Shown here piece by piece: positions 50,297 to 63,115 of a DNA stretch of 64,000 nt; the stretch's first letter is position 1; every line of letters begins with the position of its first letter. The translations under genes were made by a program, and so were the position numbers. The stretch comes from Vitrella brassicaformis CCMP3155 (taxonomy: Eukaryota; Protista; Chromerida), in contig CDMY01000278.1 of assembly GCA_001179505.1 (NCBI GenBank), positions 1 to 64,000 on the forward strand, given 5' to 3'. The notes under the pieces are model-generated. The model was not told the DNA's origin. It did not search any database and saw only the letters and a program-made list of their open reading frames with translations.

Positions 50297-51921
50297 TCAT
50301 TTGGGTTGTTTCTCGCCGGGAAATTTGTAGTGGTAAAGCCTTCTCGCGGAGTCGTCCTTGTAGAAGGCTTTTAGGACCATGGAGTCCGTCTTGGGCTCAC
50401 CAGGCAACACCAACCGCACCTTCTGCAGACAGACAGACAGACAGACAGACAGGGACATAGACACCAAGAGAGACAGAGATCCCTCCCCTGCCCGACCGTC
50501 ATGGGGGCCCAGCAGTAGCGTTGGTTGGTTGGCTCGAGGCGCCTCACGGTGGACCGGCTGCATGTCTTCTGCCGTTTGTCCTGGTACCGCTCCTCGTCGT
50601 AGTGCCACGTGTACAGGTCTTTGCGCTTGCTGGGTTCCTCGACGATGCACTTCCCCTGGCCGGTCGCCTTGTACTGCCCCTCGACGAGCTCAGCACCGCG
50701 GCTGGCCTCGACCAAGCCAGATGATACGACGCATGTCTCGTCAGCAGAGCAGCCGTCGTCGACGGCCGTCAATGGCACCGTCACGTCGAAGTCGTAGAAG
50801 AACGTGGTGTAGCCGGCCACGTAATTGCTCGGCTCTTTCTGCAGCTCACGTACGGCAAGCGTAATGTGGCATGGCTGGCCGTCGCGGGAGAGTGCTGTCA
50901 TATCGATGGCGAAGAGCAATGACCATTTGACAGGGAGAAGCTCTCCTGACCTGTGTGTCGCTCACTTGAGGTGTCCACAGCCGTCTGCAAGCCCTGCTGG
51001 ATGGCGGACACGCCAGGAGACCTGGGCGCTGATAGGTGGACACCCATGGAAAGAGACAAGGAAATCACAGTCGATCTTGTGTGCGTGGCTGTGTGTTTGT
51101 ATCGCTATTGCCACAAACACGCGTACTTTCGCTGTAGTAGAGCCCTCCCGGGAATGTCCACTGAATCTCGTCATTGCCGCTCGTGGCTTTCATCAGCATG
51201 ACGGCCCGTGTGAAGGTGTAGCCAGGCATCGCCTCACGCAACTCGTCATCGTGAAGCACCGAAGAGGGCACCTGCAGCAAAAGCAACCCACACAGGCGCG
51301 CTCCATGCACTCGGGAGAGAACAGACCTGTCTGTCGTGTCTCTTCACTTGACCGTGTTGGGCGCCATACACATGGCGTTTCCATCACCGGCCTTCATCTC
51401 GGATGGCGTGTAGCACATCAACCCTCGGGCCTTCTCCAATTTGTCCTGCCTCATGTCACCACCAAGCCCCGCCGGCATGACGTATCGCTTCTCGACGGGA
51501 GTAGGCTCCTTCACGCAGTCGCCAAACCCGTCGGCGGTCTCCCAATCGGCACGCACCATGACCTCCGCCACCACACACGTGTAGCGGCCTTCCAAACAGG
51601 GCGCGCCACCTTGGTGGGGTGGAAGTGGTGCCGCTGGAAGGTGCTCTGGTTGTGGTGCGTGACCATCGGCTCGCTCGTCTTGACGAACTCGACAGTGCAG
51701 GGGCCGAAATTCACTGCAAAACAACGAACAAGGCTTGTGAGGCGGAGACTGAGCAGGTGCTGCACGCTCTGACCTGGAGGTGCATTCAGATGGCTCCGAT
51801 GCTGTTTCGACTGGAATGCACCGCCATCTGAATGCAATGACGGCACGCATGGAGTCTCCGTGTTTCTACCTTTGACACAGCCGCCGCACAGGAGGGAGAG
51901 CAACACCAACACGACTTTCAT
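50297..51921 (-). CDS. Secreted Cys-containing protein of unknown function with two internal homologous domains
   Basis: Signal-like MKVVLVLLSLLCGGCVK, with exons joinable in frame (one join needs a 47-nt intron ending GAG). Repeat A GFGDCVKEP..RQDKLEK..MCMAPNTVK..WTFPGG; repeat B GQGKCIVEEP..YQDKRQK..YCWAPMTV..YKFPGE. Confidence 0.6.
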
Positions 51922-52187
51922 CGATGGTTTCCGCTTTTTGATGGAGACGGGGGGTGAGACGTCGGGGGACCTGGGGGCCGCCCCCAACTTGCATGTTTCC
52001 CCTCTTCAGGCCGAACTTCTTGAATGCTCGCCAAGCAAGATCCACTTTCCCCAGGCAGAGCAATGGGAAAGAGGAATCCCTGCCTGTTGTTTCCCCTCGC
52101 CTGCCTCCATTGTAAGAGGCGCATTCAGCATACGCACAACACACGCCCAGAGCAAAGACTTTTCATTGTCTTCTGTCTGCTCCACAG

Positions 52188-55100
52188 GTGTTGCTGGTCT
52201 GTTCGCCAACACGTCGCTCTCTCTCGCCACACCCTCGTATGGCGGCTCACTGCGGCGTCATCGCCAATATGTGGCCCTCAACAAACGACGTAAGCACCAT
52301 AAACCCGCACAGTGCGACACCCTCCATTGATCCTTTTCTGCAGGTGGCCGCTTTGTCGTATTGTCTCGTCGTCTTCCGCCGTCTGCGCATCGATATGTTG
52401 GGCGCAGTCACTCGAGGGGCTGTGTCTGGCCACTACGCTGGGGTACATTAAAGCGCGGTGCACATGTGTTAACCAAGAGGCAGCACTGCGCAACGGAGGA
52501 AGGGTGCCAAGATGTCTGGAACCCAGGTTTGTGAAGGCACGTGTTTCTGCGTCCATGTCTGCCTGTCCGTCATGATCATGATGTCATCAGATTTCGAGCT
52601 TGAAAGCGGTGACGTGGACATGAATGGGGTCAGGTGTGAACACTATCACTATGGCACGCTGCCAATATCAGCAGACGCTGAAGACAAGATAAAACCCCAG
52701 CTGCACATCGGTGAATTGAGCATTCTGTCGCTGATTCTAAAGACGGCAGGGCAAATATATGACGGGTTCAGACTCCTTTTACCCGCTGGAGCCCAACCAT
52801 CCCTGCGGCATGGTGCCCCGGAGACCCGGCCATTATTGCTGGTGCAATGAGGCAGGGATATGCTCGCAGGGGCTACCTCGCAAGCCAGGTGAGGTCCTCT
52901 TCATTTGTCACACAGACACATATCACGTCTCTCCCCCTGTTTGTGGGTATGCGGCCGAGCTGGCGGGCAGGCCCAGGTTAAAGAGCGACGTTGTTCCTCC
53001 TGACTTCTTCCCTCCGCTGCGGTCGCCGGTCACGTCTCTGAAAGCAGAGTGGCCTCCACCGCCAAGTGAGTGAAGTACTCAGACCCAAATACAGTGAGTG
53101 AAGTACTCAGACCCAAATACACACACGGATTGCTCGTATGTCTGTGTTCAGATTTTCCTAGCCATGACGTCTTCATCCTCCGGGAAGGGCCGTCGTGCAC
53201 CAATGATGTGGCATGCCGGGCCACGACCAGCGGGGGCCTCTCGGGTGGCCGTGGAGCGATGGGCAAGTGCTGCTGCTACTTTGACAACAAGGTCATGTGT
53301 CAGGACACGCAGAAGGGGGGCGAAGAGCAAGCGGAGACGAGAGGCGGTTTTGGCTTCACGATATCCCGCGATCGCCCGCGGATCTTCTGTCAGTGAGACA
53401 CCATTCTGCCTTTGTCATGAGCCGACACATATATGCGTTTGTCCGTTGTTGCCGTTGCAGGCCGGTGGAACGGTGTCTGCATCAATCGCGACACTGCCTC
53501 ATTCCCTCTCTGGTTCATTAAGCAGACCGCCTTGGGCCATTGGACATGGGCGGAATATGGTAGGCAGGCAACCCAGCACACAGGGAGGGAGAAGATCAAT
53601 CACTTGTCCTGTTGCCTCCGCGTGTCAGAGGTGTTGCGAAAATCTGCTGAGATGCTCATTCTCTTCCAGACCTTCCTGTTCCTTGAATATATCGTTTTCA
53701 ACCCCCAATTCAGTCAGTCAGTGCACGGCACGAGCATCCATCCTATCGATGAGTGTGTGCCTTGTGTGTCTCTTGTCACTGTCTGTCTCACTCAGGCGCG
53801 GTGGATCCTCAGAAGGCTATTGAGCTGTTCATATCTGAGAAACTCATGCCCTACTTCGCTTTACAATTCCCACCGCCCGATGCGAAACACAAGGTAGGGA
53901 ACTCGCACGAACTGCCGGCAACAGGCCAATCCAGAAACCGACCAGAGAGGTCTTGGCGTGCCTGTAGGAGCGGGAGAATTTCAAACAGCGATTTGGCGAG
54001 CTGACCGACCGGGTTCGATTCTGGTGGCAGAACACACTCGGTACAGTTCAAATGACGAGGGAATAGTGGATGGGTGTGAGAATGAGTGAGTATCTTCCAT
54101 ACATCCATCAGTTGAGGAGGACGCGTCATGCCATGAGGACCGGTGTCGCATGACGCTTGCAGACCGGCGGCCATGGGAGGTCGTGGGGTCGTACCTTAAG
54201 ACATCCACTATCAGAAAATGGCTTTTCGGTCAGATCAGACAACAGACAGCAGAAAACGTGCGCACACGGTCACCTGCCTATGTACTTGTGTTCTCATCGG
54301 CAGAGCTGCTCTATTACCTTAAGCCGACGGCACCAACGGATGAAAGGCAGCTGCAAAAACTGAAAAGTAGGAAGCTATTGCATCTGTGCCTGCCATGCCG
54401 ATGCGGTGCTGTACTGTCTGTGTCATGTCGCATACATGTGTGTAGACAAAGGCATCGAGCTGAGGTAGGACAGGGAGACAACAGAGACAGAGAGTCACAT
54501 CCTCACACGGGTGTCTCCAAGCAGAGCGTTCAAGGATGCTCTCATCCTGGTTGATTGGTGGCTTTCGCCAAACTGCGAAATCCTGCTGGTGCCGGAAGAT
54601 GTGAGAAAGCGTACAAAATACCCAAGTCTTCCTTCTATATGCAGTCCTTTCTCTGATGCATGCAGGATTTGTCCGAGACACATCTTAGAAAGATAAAAGA
54701 GTACAGGCGAATTCGCTTGTTAGGACCCGATCGCAGCTCCTCGTCGTGGAGGGAGACGTCACCTCTCAGACGTGTGCTGAGGCTTATATCAAGTAGGCAA
54801 AACAGCAACACACGTGTACGACCACACACTGCATGCCGATGAATCTCTTTACTGGGGCAGAGGCCGAAGGCGAGGAGCCTACAGACACGAAGAGCCTGAA
54901 CGAGTTCAATCACATGTCTCAGCTAGCGGTGCTCGACAAAAGGACGTTCGTGAAGCTAAACCTCTACGACGGAATAGAGGATGCGGGAGAGAAGGAATCA
55001 GACACAGGACCTCTGCAGAGCCAGGAAACGAGACCATTCGGTAAGTAAACACGCAAGCACCAAATCCCCATACACATACACACGCACCATTGCTGCCATG

Positions 55101-58100
55101 CCATTTGTCGCATGGATGCAGATATTTCTCACTTCTATCGTTTTGTCGCAAACATGCTGCTCGACCCTTGCAAAGACACAAGCAAGGCGCTGAAAGAGCC
55201 CCGTCAAGGTGTGTGCGGCACCATGTCTGCCGATGCCGTCATCGATAGCTATTTCGCCCTGAGAAGCAACAGCCCGAAGACTGCTGACGAGGCCGCGGGA
55301 CTCAAAGATGTCGTGGAACAGCTATGTCAGCTTGAGTCGGCGTTGCGAAAGGACTTCTCCGAGCTGAGCGAATACGACGGCACGGGTGAGTGACGCTGGC
55401 TGCGCGACAAACACCACTCATGGAACAATTGATCAGGCCGCGATGCATTCCGGTGCAAGGTGTTCAGACTCCTGTGGGCCCGAAGTGAGCGTTCGGCACA
55501 TAGACAGACAAATGCTATCTTCCTGTGTATGCAGGGTTTGTCTTCGTGCTGAGCGATACATTGCTGACACAAGAAGGCAAGCGCGGCCGATCTGACCTGA
55601 CTCACAGCTACAGTGCACACATTCTTATCGTGTCTCCAGGCAAGATGACCTTCGATGAGTTCCGAAGACGCCTGAACCTTCTGTTCATCTGGCGAGAGGA
55701 GACGCTCACGCACCTCGGCGACTACACCGCTATTATCAAGCTATGGCGGCCCGTCGACAGTGGACACATGCAGCCTCTCCGCCCACAGGAAATGGGCGCC
55801 CTGCCTCTCTGGTGGACGCTGATACTCGAGCTGGCGTGGCTGGTGGAACGCTGGCTGATGGAGTGCGAGGCCGATGGCGTCTTCAGCTGGCTTGGGTGGG
55901 CTGGGGGCGATGCTCCTGATGTGCACATTGAGAGAAAGCGGACGCTCTTCCGTCAGCTGGTTGGAGGTGATGGTGGGGAGATCACTCTGGAGCAGTTCCG
56001 ACGCATTGATGAGTGGTCGTTCTATGGTATGATGCGTGTGTGTACCGGAAGGAATGAAGCACCACGAGTGCTGATGTCTCTGTCGTTGCCTTTATGCAGA
56101 TGAGCTCTATAAGATCACGACCGATGGCAGGCAACAAGGAGAGTCCGTCCGGAGGTCCCTCCTTGAGAGATTCTGCTTTGAGCTGATCCTTGTTGTTGAG
56201 CTTTTCGCCCTCCGCCTTAGACCTGGTATTCATCCACACCGAGGCACAAGAGGCACACACATACAGCATCAGCAGTGTCGCCCTTGCAGACCTGAAAAGC
56301 GTCATTGGTGATCAAAAACAGTGGCAGTGGCTGCACGACATCACCGGCTGGATCCTTTCGCCCGTGCCTGCCAACTTCCCCCGACTGGAGAATGTGCAGA
56401 ACGCCCTGGACACAAAGCGAGTCTACCTCCACTCCATATCGCTTTACGGCCATCATCTGATGGAGGGATACGACAGGTGGCGCGAGAAAGAAGTGGCGGG
56501 GGCCTTCGCTGCGGAGGAAGGGGAGCGCTTCAAAGTGGCCGTGGCAGAGGAGAGCGGTGGTGTGGATGTGTCGTCGATCGTCAGGATGATCGTGAATAAG
56601 ATGAAAGGTGGGCACGACGTGAGAGAGACGTGTCCGTGCTTGGATGGGTGTGACTGTGTATTTTCCGTAGACTTGATATTTTGGTACTGGGGCCACTTGC
56701 TCGAGTCCACAGGCACATTCGTCGAAATGAGAGGTGGAAAGATGCTGGGCAGCTAGCTCATGTGCCGATCTCAACTCGCCCCAATGTCTGTGTACAGTGC
56801 TGCTGTATCGCCTCTTTACATTGAGCCTCCTGTGGATGAAGCAGGCCTTTGCCGCTTACTATTCTGACGCCACCATACACACCCTGACCACGATCATCAC
56901 ACAGGAGGGATTCGCCGTGTGCGACGCGTGCAAAGAGCTGAAGCCAGCATTTAGGAGCGATCCTGATAAGGCATGAAAACACGCACAGACCTGCCTACGT
57001 GTTCTTGATTCACGTGGGTACGTATGTGTGCCATGCAGGTGGCCTTCTGTGATGAATTCCCGAAATGCAGCGACACGACGCCATCAAGCCCGGAGACACA
57101 ACAAGGTAGACGCGCTCACACAGACGCACACTCAGAATTTGCATGTAGGCAAGTATCTGTGTGTGTAGATGACAGTGAGCAGGAGGAGATCGAGCAGTCT
57201 GAGACCGACAGAAACTACGAGAGAGTGGCTACACTTGTTCTCAGAAGAATACAGCACCTGTCGGTGCAGATCGTCTTCGACTATGAAAGTGGTATGGACT
57301 TTGTGGCAGCCATACTCTCGCCCCATGCACAAATCTGTGTGTTCCTGTCTCTTTGCTGTGTGCAGTGGTCAGCGGTTGGGCGTCATTCAAGCAGAGGTAC
57401 TCGGAGGCCGCCGAGCAGTTCTACACGCAATATCAGCTCATCACCACAAACGCCGTCTCCTTCCCCGGCATGGAGCAGCTCGGCAGACAGTACGCCGAGT
57501 GGGAGGCTTGGGTGAGACACATCCTGGACTTCCTCGAAAGAGGTAAGTGACGAACCACTGGTGAGACATCCACACATGTGTGTCTGTGTGGTATGTGATG
57601 AATGCCGGCAGACGAATTGGTCAACCGCTTTCACGAGGAGTTTCGACGAGAGATTGTCGGTGAGTCAGAAATGAAGACAGCCTTTTGGTGTTTGAGGGTG
57701 ATGTCTCATCTGGTGCGACACAGAGATTATATTCCACCAGATGTTCGACCGGTCCTTCCACGCCCACACTGCCGACCAGTGCGAGGCACAGCCCGAACAT
57801 ATCACCACAGGCAAGTGGCCAGCCAGCAATAACCGAACGGACACATGGCGTGTTTTCCCACAGGGGACGAACAGCTGGTGGCTGGGGGGAGGCTGCCCCT
57901 GTATCTGTTCATATCGGGTTTTGAGTACCTCGTCGGCGTCACAGAGACACTCTCATTCAGGCAAGACCTCATGGACATCCTCACTATGCATCGTAGCGCT
58001 GACAAGTGTGAGCGGATCAGGCTGCTCTTCTCGCAGCTGGCCCAGGGGCAAAGTGAGGAGACACACACACATAACGAATGCGCCGTTCATGGATTCATCC

Positions 58101-58890
58101 GTGTGTATGTGTGTGTGCAGGCTACATAACGCTGGATGAGTTCATTTTACTCTTTATGCGGCAGAACACGTTCGATAGCACGATCCTCGAGCCACCCCCA
58201 GAGCTACCTCTCCCCCCGCTGCCCGTCGCAGAACCACCGCGAAACGTCAGTGTCAATTTGCCAAAGGCCCCGACAGAAGAGCTATCGCCTCCGTCTGTGG
58301 ATGAAGCCACTGTGCCGAGGGGCGGAGTGCTGACTCCCCCAGAACCGAAACCAAAGACGCCGAGTGAGGAGCAGCCGCCCACAGATGTCAGCGTCCATGT
58401 GACCAAGGCCCCGACAGATGAGCTTGTCACGTCGCCTCCCTCTGTGGGCGGTGGAGCCACTGTGCCGAGTGGTCCTGTTCTGACTCCCCCTCAACCCAAG
58501 CCAGAAACGGCTGGAACGCCCGACCCAACAAAACAGCCTCCACGCAAGCCCAAGAGACGAAAGCAACCGCCCCGTGTGCCTGTTGGTGTTCTCCCGCCCC
58601 CATCTGTGTCGGACCTCGGTGGCCCGTACAGCGATGGCTTCTCCGGCCCCCATCATCCGAGGAGAAGATTAGGTAGTGGCACCTATGTGAGACATGATTA
58701 TGTGTTTGGTTTTGGGCCGTCGGTTGCGAGAGACGCTGGCAGGGCGCTGTACCCTTATGGCGGTGTGTCTGTGTCTGAGGGAGGGATGGTTGGGTGTCCG
58801 GAAGATGAAGATCGTGTCATGAATGTGACGTCAGGTGCTAGTGGCTGTGCGAATGGCAATGGGACGGATGGTGATAGAGAGAGATATTGA
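52188..58890 (+). CDS. Very large multi-exon hypothetical protein: Cys-rich N-terminal region, a TM-like segment, degenerate EF-hand-like motifs and a Pro-rich tail
   Basis: A chain of coding-like exons flanked by GT/AG: HYCWCNEAGICSQG, SCTNDVAC..GKCCCYF, EMLILFQTFLFLEYIVF, GKMTFDEF, LFRQLVGGDGGEITLEQF, CERIRLLFSQLAQGQS|GYITLDEFILL, then P/T/E-rich repeats. Start is uncertain and it may be more than one gene. Confidence 0.5.
53066..53121 (+). repeat. Perfect 28-bp tandem duplication containing a splice donor
   Basis: GTGAGTGAAGTACTCAGACCCAAATACA occurs twice, at 53066-53093 and 53094-53121, at the start of an intron. Confidence 0.9.
58243..58510 (+). repeat. Two imperfect ~42-45-aa Pro-rich coding repeats
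   Basis: NVSVNLPKAPTEELSPPSVDEATVPRGGVLTPPEPKPKT versus DVSVHVTKAPTDELVTSPPSVGGGATVPSGPVLTPPQPKPET. Confidence 0.85.
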
Positions 58891-59277
58891 CCGACTGCTG
58901 ATTTATCGATTCAGAATTGATAGATAATGTGTCACAGAGTGGAACAGTCTTTGCTCTGACGGAACAGACAGGTGTCGTGTATCTTGCGGAACGATAGAAG
59001 GCACGGCCAACGAAATAAAATACAGGCAGCGATATCGATCTCACACACCCCATCTCCCGTACAACCATACCGTATCTCAAAGACAAACTGATATAAAACG
59101 TAGACAGCGATACCGGCCGCCCGAGACCAACACAAACTGCCCCTCGTCGGCCTGGCAGTTGGACGGACACAACACCTGACCGACACAACACATGACATAC
59201 ACAGAGAGATCCATCAGATCAGTCCATCTGTGTGTGTGTCGGGCAGGCAGGCAGGTGTGGTTACTTTGATCATGTTG

Positions 59278-60190
59278 TCAGGTCCGCTTGTTGTCAGGTC
59301 CTGGGTAGTCGGCGATGAGTTTGTGCGACGGCTGTGGGCCGCTGGTGGGTGTGTATCGGACCGCTGTGGCGGAGACTCGCCGCTTGAAGCGCCCAGAGAG
59401 CCAGCAGTCAGTGGTCTCGTCGCCGGGAAAACGCAATCTGAACACAAAGAACGCCCGCATGCGCAGCCATGTATATGCAGGCGCCTACATGTGCGAAAGA
59501 ACTTACGCGTTTGCTATGCCCCTCGGACTGGAGTCGAAGTTGACGTACGAGACGGTCTTGTTGAAGATCTCGCTCGCTTTGGTGGCGTTGGTGAAAAGGG
59601 TATAATATTCAGCCACTCGACACGCGATAAAAGCTGGCACGACTAGTCTCGGCCCAAATAAATCACGATCCCCATCATCAAGAAGAACACCAGCACATTT
59701 CGCAGGGGGTCCCTCGGCGCGCGCCCTCCATGGCGCCGGTCAAGAAAGTCCACAACAGTCTCGCAGGCAGCCCGACAGTGTACATCAGGCACTGTAGCCA
59801 CATGTCAAACCCCCCCCCCCCCAAGTCTTGTCCCGCACTCTCGATGTCAGGTCTTCTGATTCTACACACACGCCATCATGAGAGCAATGTGTATCGCAGC
59901 AGAGAGAGAGAGAGTGCATCTTTCTCACTATTCACCTACTCAGAGCGTTGTCTTTTAGTCTCGTCAGTAGAAAGGATGCCTCGTCGATCAGTGCGTGGCA
60001 TCGAGTGATGCATCGAGACTGCAGCGTTGTGGTGTTTGCCGTGATGCTTACATTGCGGGCGGCGGCTTTGATGTCTTCGGACACCTCTTAAAGCTTGATG
60101 ATGCTCGTCCCTAATGGACGGCTGCTGCTGTAGGTTGAGTGTGGGCTGCTGCTGTGGGTTGGGTGTGGGTGCACTAGGCGGGTTCATCAC
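59278..60190 (-). other. Possible small spliced gene or degenerate gene
   Basis: In-frame join ...IFNKTVSYVNFDSSPRGIANA|LRFPGDETTDCW...DNKRT* uses GTAAGT/CAG. The upstream exons (59640-60190) cannot be joined without a frameshift. Confidence 0.3.
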
Positions 60191-60499
60191 TCAGAGAGAA
60201 GAGAGCTGCTGGCAGCGAGAAAACCACCAACACACCCAGGCCGTCCCACCAGAAAGACACCTGGACGAACAGAGCAGCAGACTCGGTAAGCAGCGTACAG
60301 AAACGTGTCAAGCTAATGAAGCAGTACAAATACGATCCACCAAATTAGATCCATCAAATAGGCGGTCTCGAGCAAAAGCGGCCTTGCAGGCTGAGTCTGC
60401 TGGGCTGATGTTTGGGCTCGGCGTGTGGCTGTGGTGCGAAGAAGGGGATGCCACTGGATGCGTTGAATGGTGTGGGAGCTGGCCATCAAGATATCCAGG

Positions 60500-60790
60500 C
60501 ATCCACACAGCCATCCAACCTGCACACATACACACAGGAAGAGATGGCACGGATGCCCTCTCTCTCTCTCTCTCTCTCATTTGTATGTCTCCCGTCCGTT
60601 ACGTGTTGATAAAGGCCTTCGTACACGGCGGCCTCGAGCTTCCCGAAGGGCAGTTTGCCCACCGTAGCGAACAGCTGCCTCAGCCCACCAAAGACCCCCT
60701 CATGGATGGACTCTGTGCGCATGCCAGCACAAAAATGCAAATACATGCGTGATGTGTGTTGATTGATCCCCTCACTCATATGTACACACA

Positions 60791-60842
<52 letters not shown>

Positions 60843-61262
60843 ACCGGGCATCATGTTGGCGACCTCCCTGCGCCATCTGGCCTCCATCGCGTAGCGGGTG
60901 TGGACGAAGCGCTCGATGGCGTCCGTGACCTCATTGTCTTCCCACCAGGAGGGAGGGTACTTGGCCAAGGTTGCCTTGAGCCGCTTCCACGCGCCCTGGT
61001 ATGGCACCCAGCCAGTGCGCGCGTCGGTGCTGAGGAGGCTGAGCACACATCGAAGGCTCATCGAGAGGTCGTCCCTAAGAAGGGAAGGACAGAAGGAAAG
61101 AAGGCGATTTTGCACTGGCTAAGCGCCTGACGGACCTGCACGATAGCTGGCGGCCATTGAAGCTCTGGAAGCTGGCGCAGGCCAGAGTGCCACGCATCGT
61201 GTGGCATTGACCCGCCGCAGCTCCGTCTGACCCGGCACCTGCGACCGGCTGAGGTCGATTTC
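60500..61262 (-). pseudogene. Truncated second copy of the CK1-like kinase (C-lobe only)
   Basis: Aligns by eye with 2900-3705, including intron positions. It lacks the N-lobe and has its own 4-nt frameshift deletion near 61205-61235 plus a 12-nt deletion, but is intact at the site where copy 1 has its 5-nt insertion. Confidence 0.8.
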
Positions 61263-62431
61263 AGGAGCAGGGTGATGCATTCGCGTGTGGTGGTGGTCCA
61301 ACGTGCACTGCGTGTGTTGGGCTTCGCACAAGTTCGATCCGTGGCATCTTACCTGCACGGAAGAATGAGGATGCGGCAGGTCGAAAGAGGCGTGAGCTGG
61401 TCATGCGTAGTCAGCCGTGGTTACAGGAATGACAAAGAAGAGGAAATGGATTTTGAACCTTGTCTCTTTTTTCTCGCCGGGCTGTAAATCCACGTTCTCG
61501 GGAGTCACGAATCGCATCGAACACACACAGATGATCACCTTGCGGCCAGAGAGAGAAAGTGACGAACAGATTGAATCAAGCTAGTCCCGTTGCACACACA
61601 CGAGTACACTGATCAACTAGGGGTCCGTCGTACCTGTCAGTAACTCGTGGCCCTCGTACCTATAGCAACGAGCAGATCTGTCCTGTGCTCTCGCTACGAA
61701 TACGAGACGCGTGAAAGCTTATTGACTGACCGATGTTTCCCTTCCCTCGCAGATGCACCGATGGTTGCGTGCAGCGAGCCACATAGAGAGAGTCATGTCA
61801 CATTAGGGAGTGAACAACACACAGAAAGTGGCGCTGTCCATCAGCCAGCGATCGAGAAACTGCACAATATACGATCTTTCAGCCAGAAAGAGAGAGAGAT
61901 GTAGCGTACCGACCGCCCCAGGCAAAAGATGTCTAGTCGCTCCACGCATCACATCAGGGTGGGCTGGGGCCAGGCAGGCCATGGGAGGCATACATACGGG
62001 AAAACATGGTTGGGTGGGCCGGCCCGACTAGGGCTCCCCGGATGGGATCAATCACTGCACACTTGACTCATTCATTCACGGGAAATGACACACCCATCCA
62101 TCCATCGATCCATCGATCCACACGTTGTCTGTGTACTCCATCAGTCTGTGTATGCGTCCGCCTTGGAATGGCATAATACGCCTATCTTACGCCCCCTGGC
62201 CCTGCCATGCACTTAAGGGGATTATGTAACCATCACACTACCGCTGCCTGGCTGTACACTCACCGCCCATTCACCACCAGTCCCTTCTCAGTCTGTCACT
62301 CGCCTCCCGCACCCTCGCAGTGCAGACTACACAAAAGCTACGTAAAAACACCCTCAACCCACAACATCAGCATCGGTCAGTGACCGACCGACCCCTTCGC
62401 TCCAGCGTCATCACGCCCTCCCCCAAAGGCG

Positions 62432-62950
62432 CTACACCCACCCTTGTGCTGTGTCCTTGTCGAGTTCAGCCAGCTCGTACTCCGCATGCGCAAGGTGCAC
62501 CTCAGTGAGAGCCAGCGCCGTTTCGCTGCAGCACGGACAAGCAAATGGGGTCTCTGAGCTTTGTCATATCCATGTAACTTACTGCATGGTCCGAAGCTTG
62601 GGCCGCCGCTCAAATGCGTCGAACAGGCACGTTGGCGGCCTCCTGTCAGCCTTCATGAAGTCCATCAGCTGTTTGATGCCCTGTTGCGCTGCTCCAATAA
62701 GCGCCTGGTCGTCCTCCATTCTCTCGTTCAAGCGGCTGATGCGGGAAATAAGCTCCTCGCGCTTCTCCTCATGCGATGCTGGCAAGGTGGGCACGGGAGT
62801 CCTCCCCTCCTGCTCCTCATCTCGCCAGGTCCTCGAGCGCACCCATTGAAACACGACGAAAAGAAGGACGCACGCCGGAGGGACAGTAAAAAAGTACCAC
62901 CATGCCCATCCTCCCAGAAAGGCGACAAATGCTAGAATCCACTCCACCAT
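62432..62950 (-). CDS. Small membrane-anchored coiled-coil protein
   Basis: N-terminal hydrophobic segments (WILAFVAFLGGWAWWYFFTVPPACVLLFVVF), heptad region, and an in-frame join TM(CA|C)ETALALTEVHLAHAEYELAELDKDTAQGWV* via GTAAGT/CAG. Confidence 0.55.
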
Positions 62951-63115
62951 CGTCGTTCTCTACAGGTGCACGGGAGCGAGCGGGGAGGGAGCAACATGCG
63001 GGCTTGAGGGAGAGCGGTTTCCACGCTGTCCTACGCCAAGAGGGTTTAGGGCCCGCACTTCGAACTGCAGATGATCACAGTCTTTCTGCAGGAAAGATCC
63101 ATCCATTGCTGATCG

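Noticed and set aside
54005-54030. GGGTTCGATTC, a tRNA T-loop-like motif
   Set aside because: The T-stem does not pair, there is no acceptor stem or D-arm, and it lies within a probable coding exon.
59460-59605. Plus-strand AGAYMCERTY..ESKLTYETVLLKIS, resembling the hAT/SPIN transposase dimerisation motif STYLCE..RSRLT
   Set aside because: Spacing does not fit, there is no other transposase sequence or TIR, and the opposite strand has a better spliced reading with GTAAGT/CAG.
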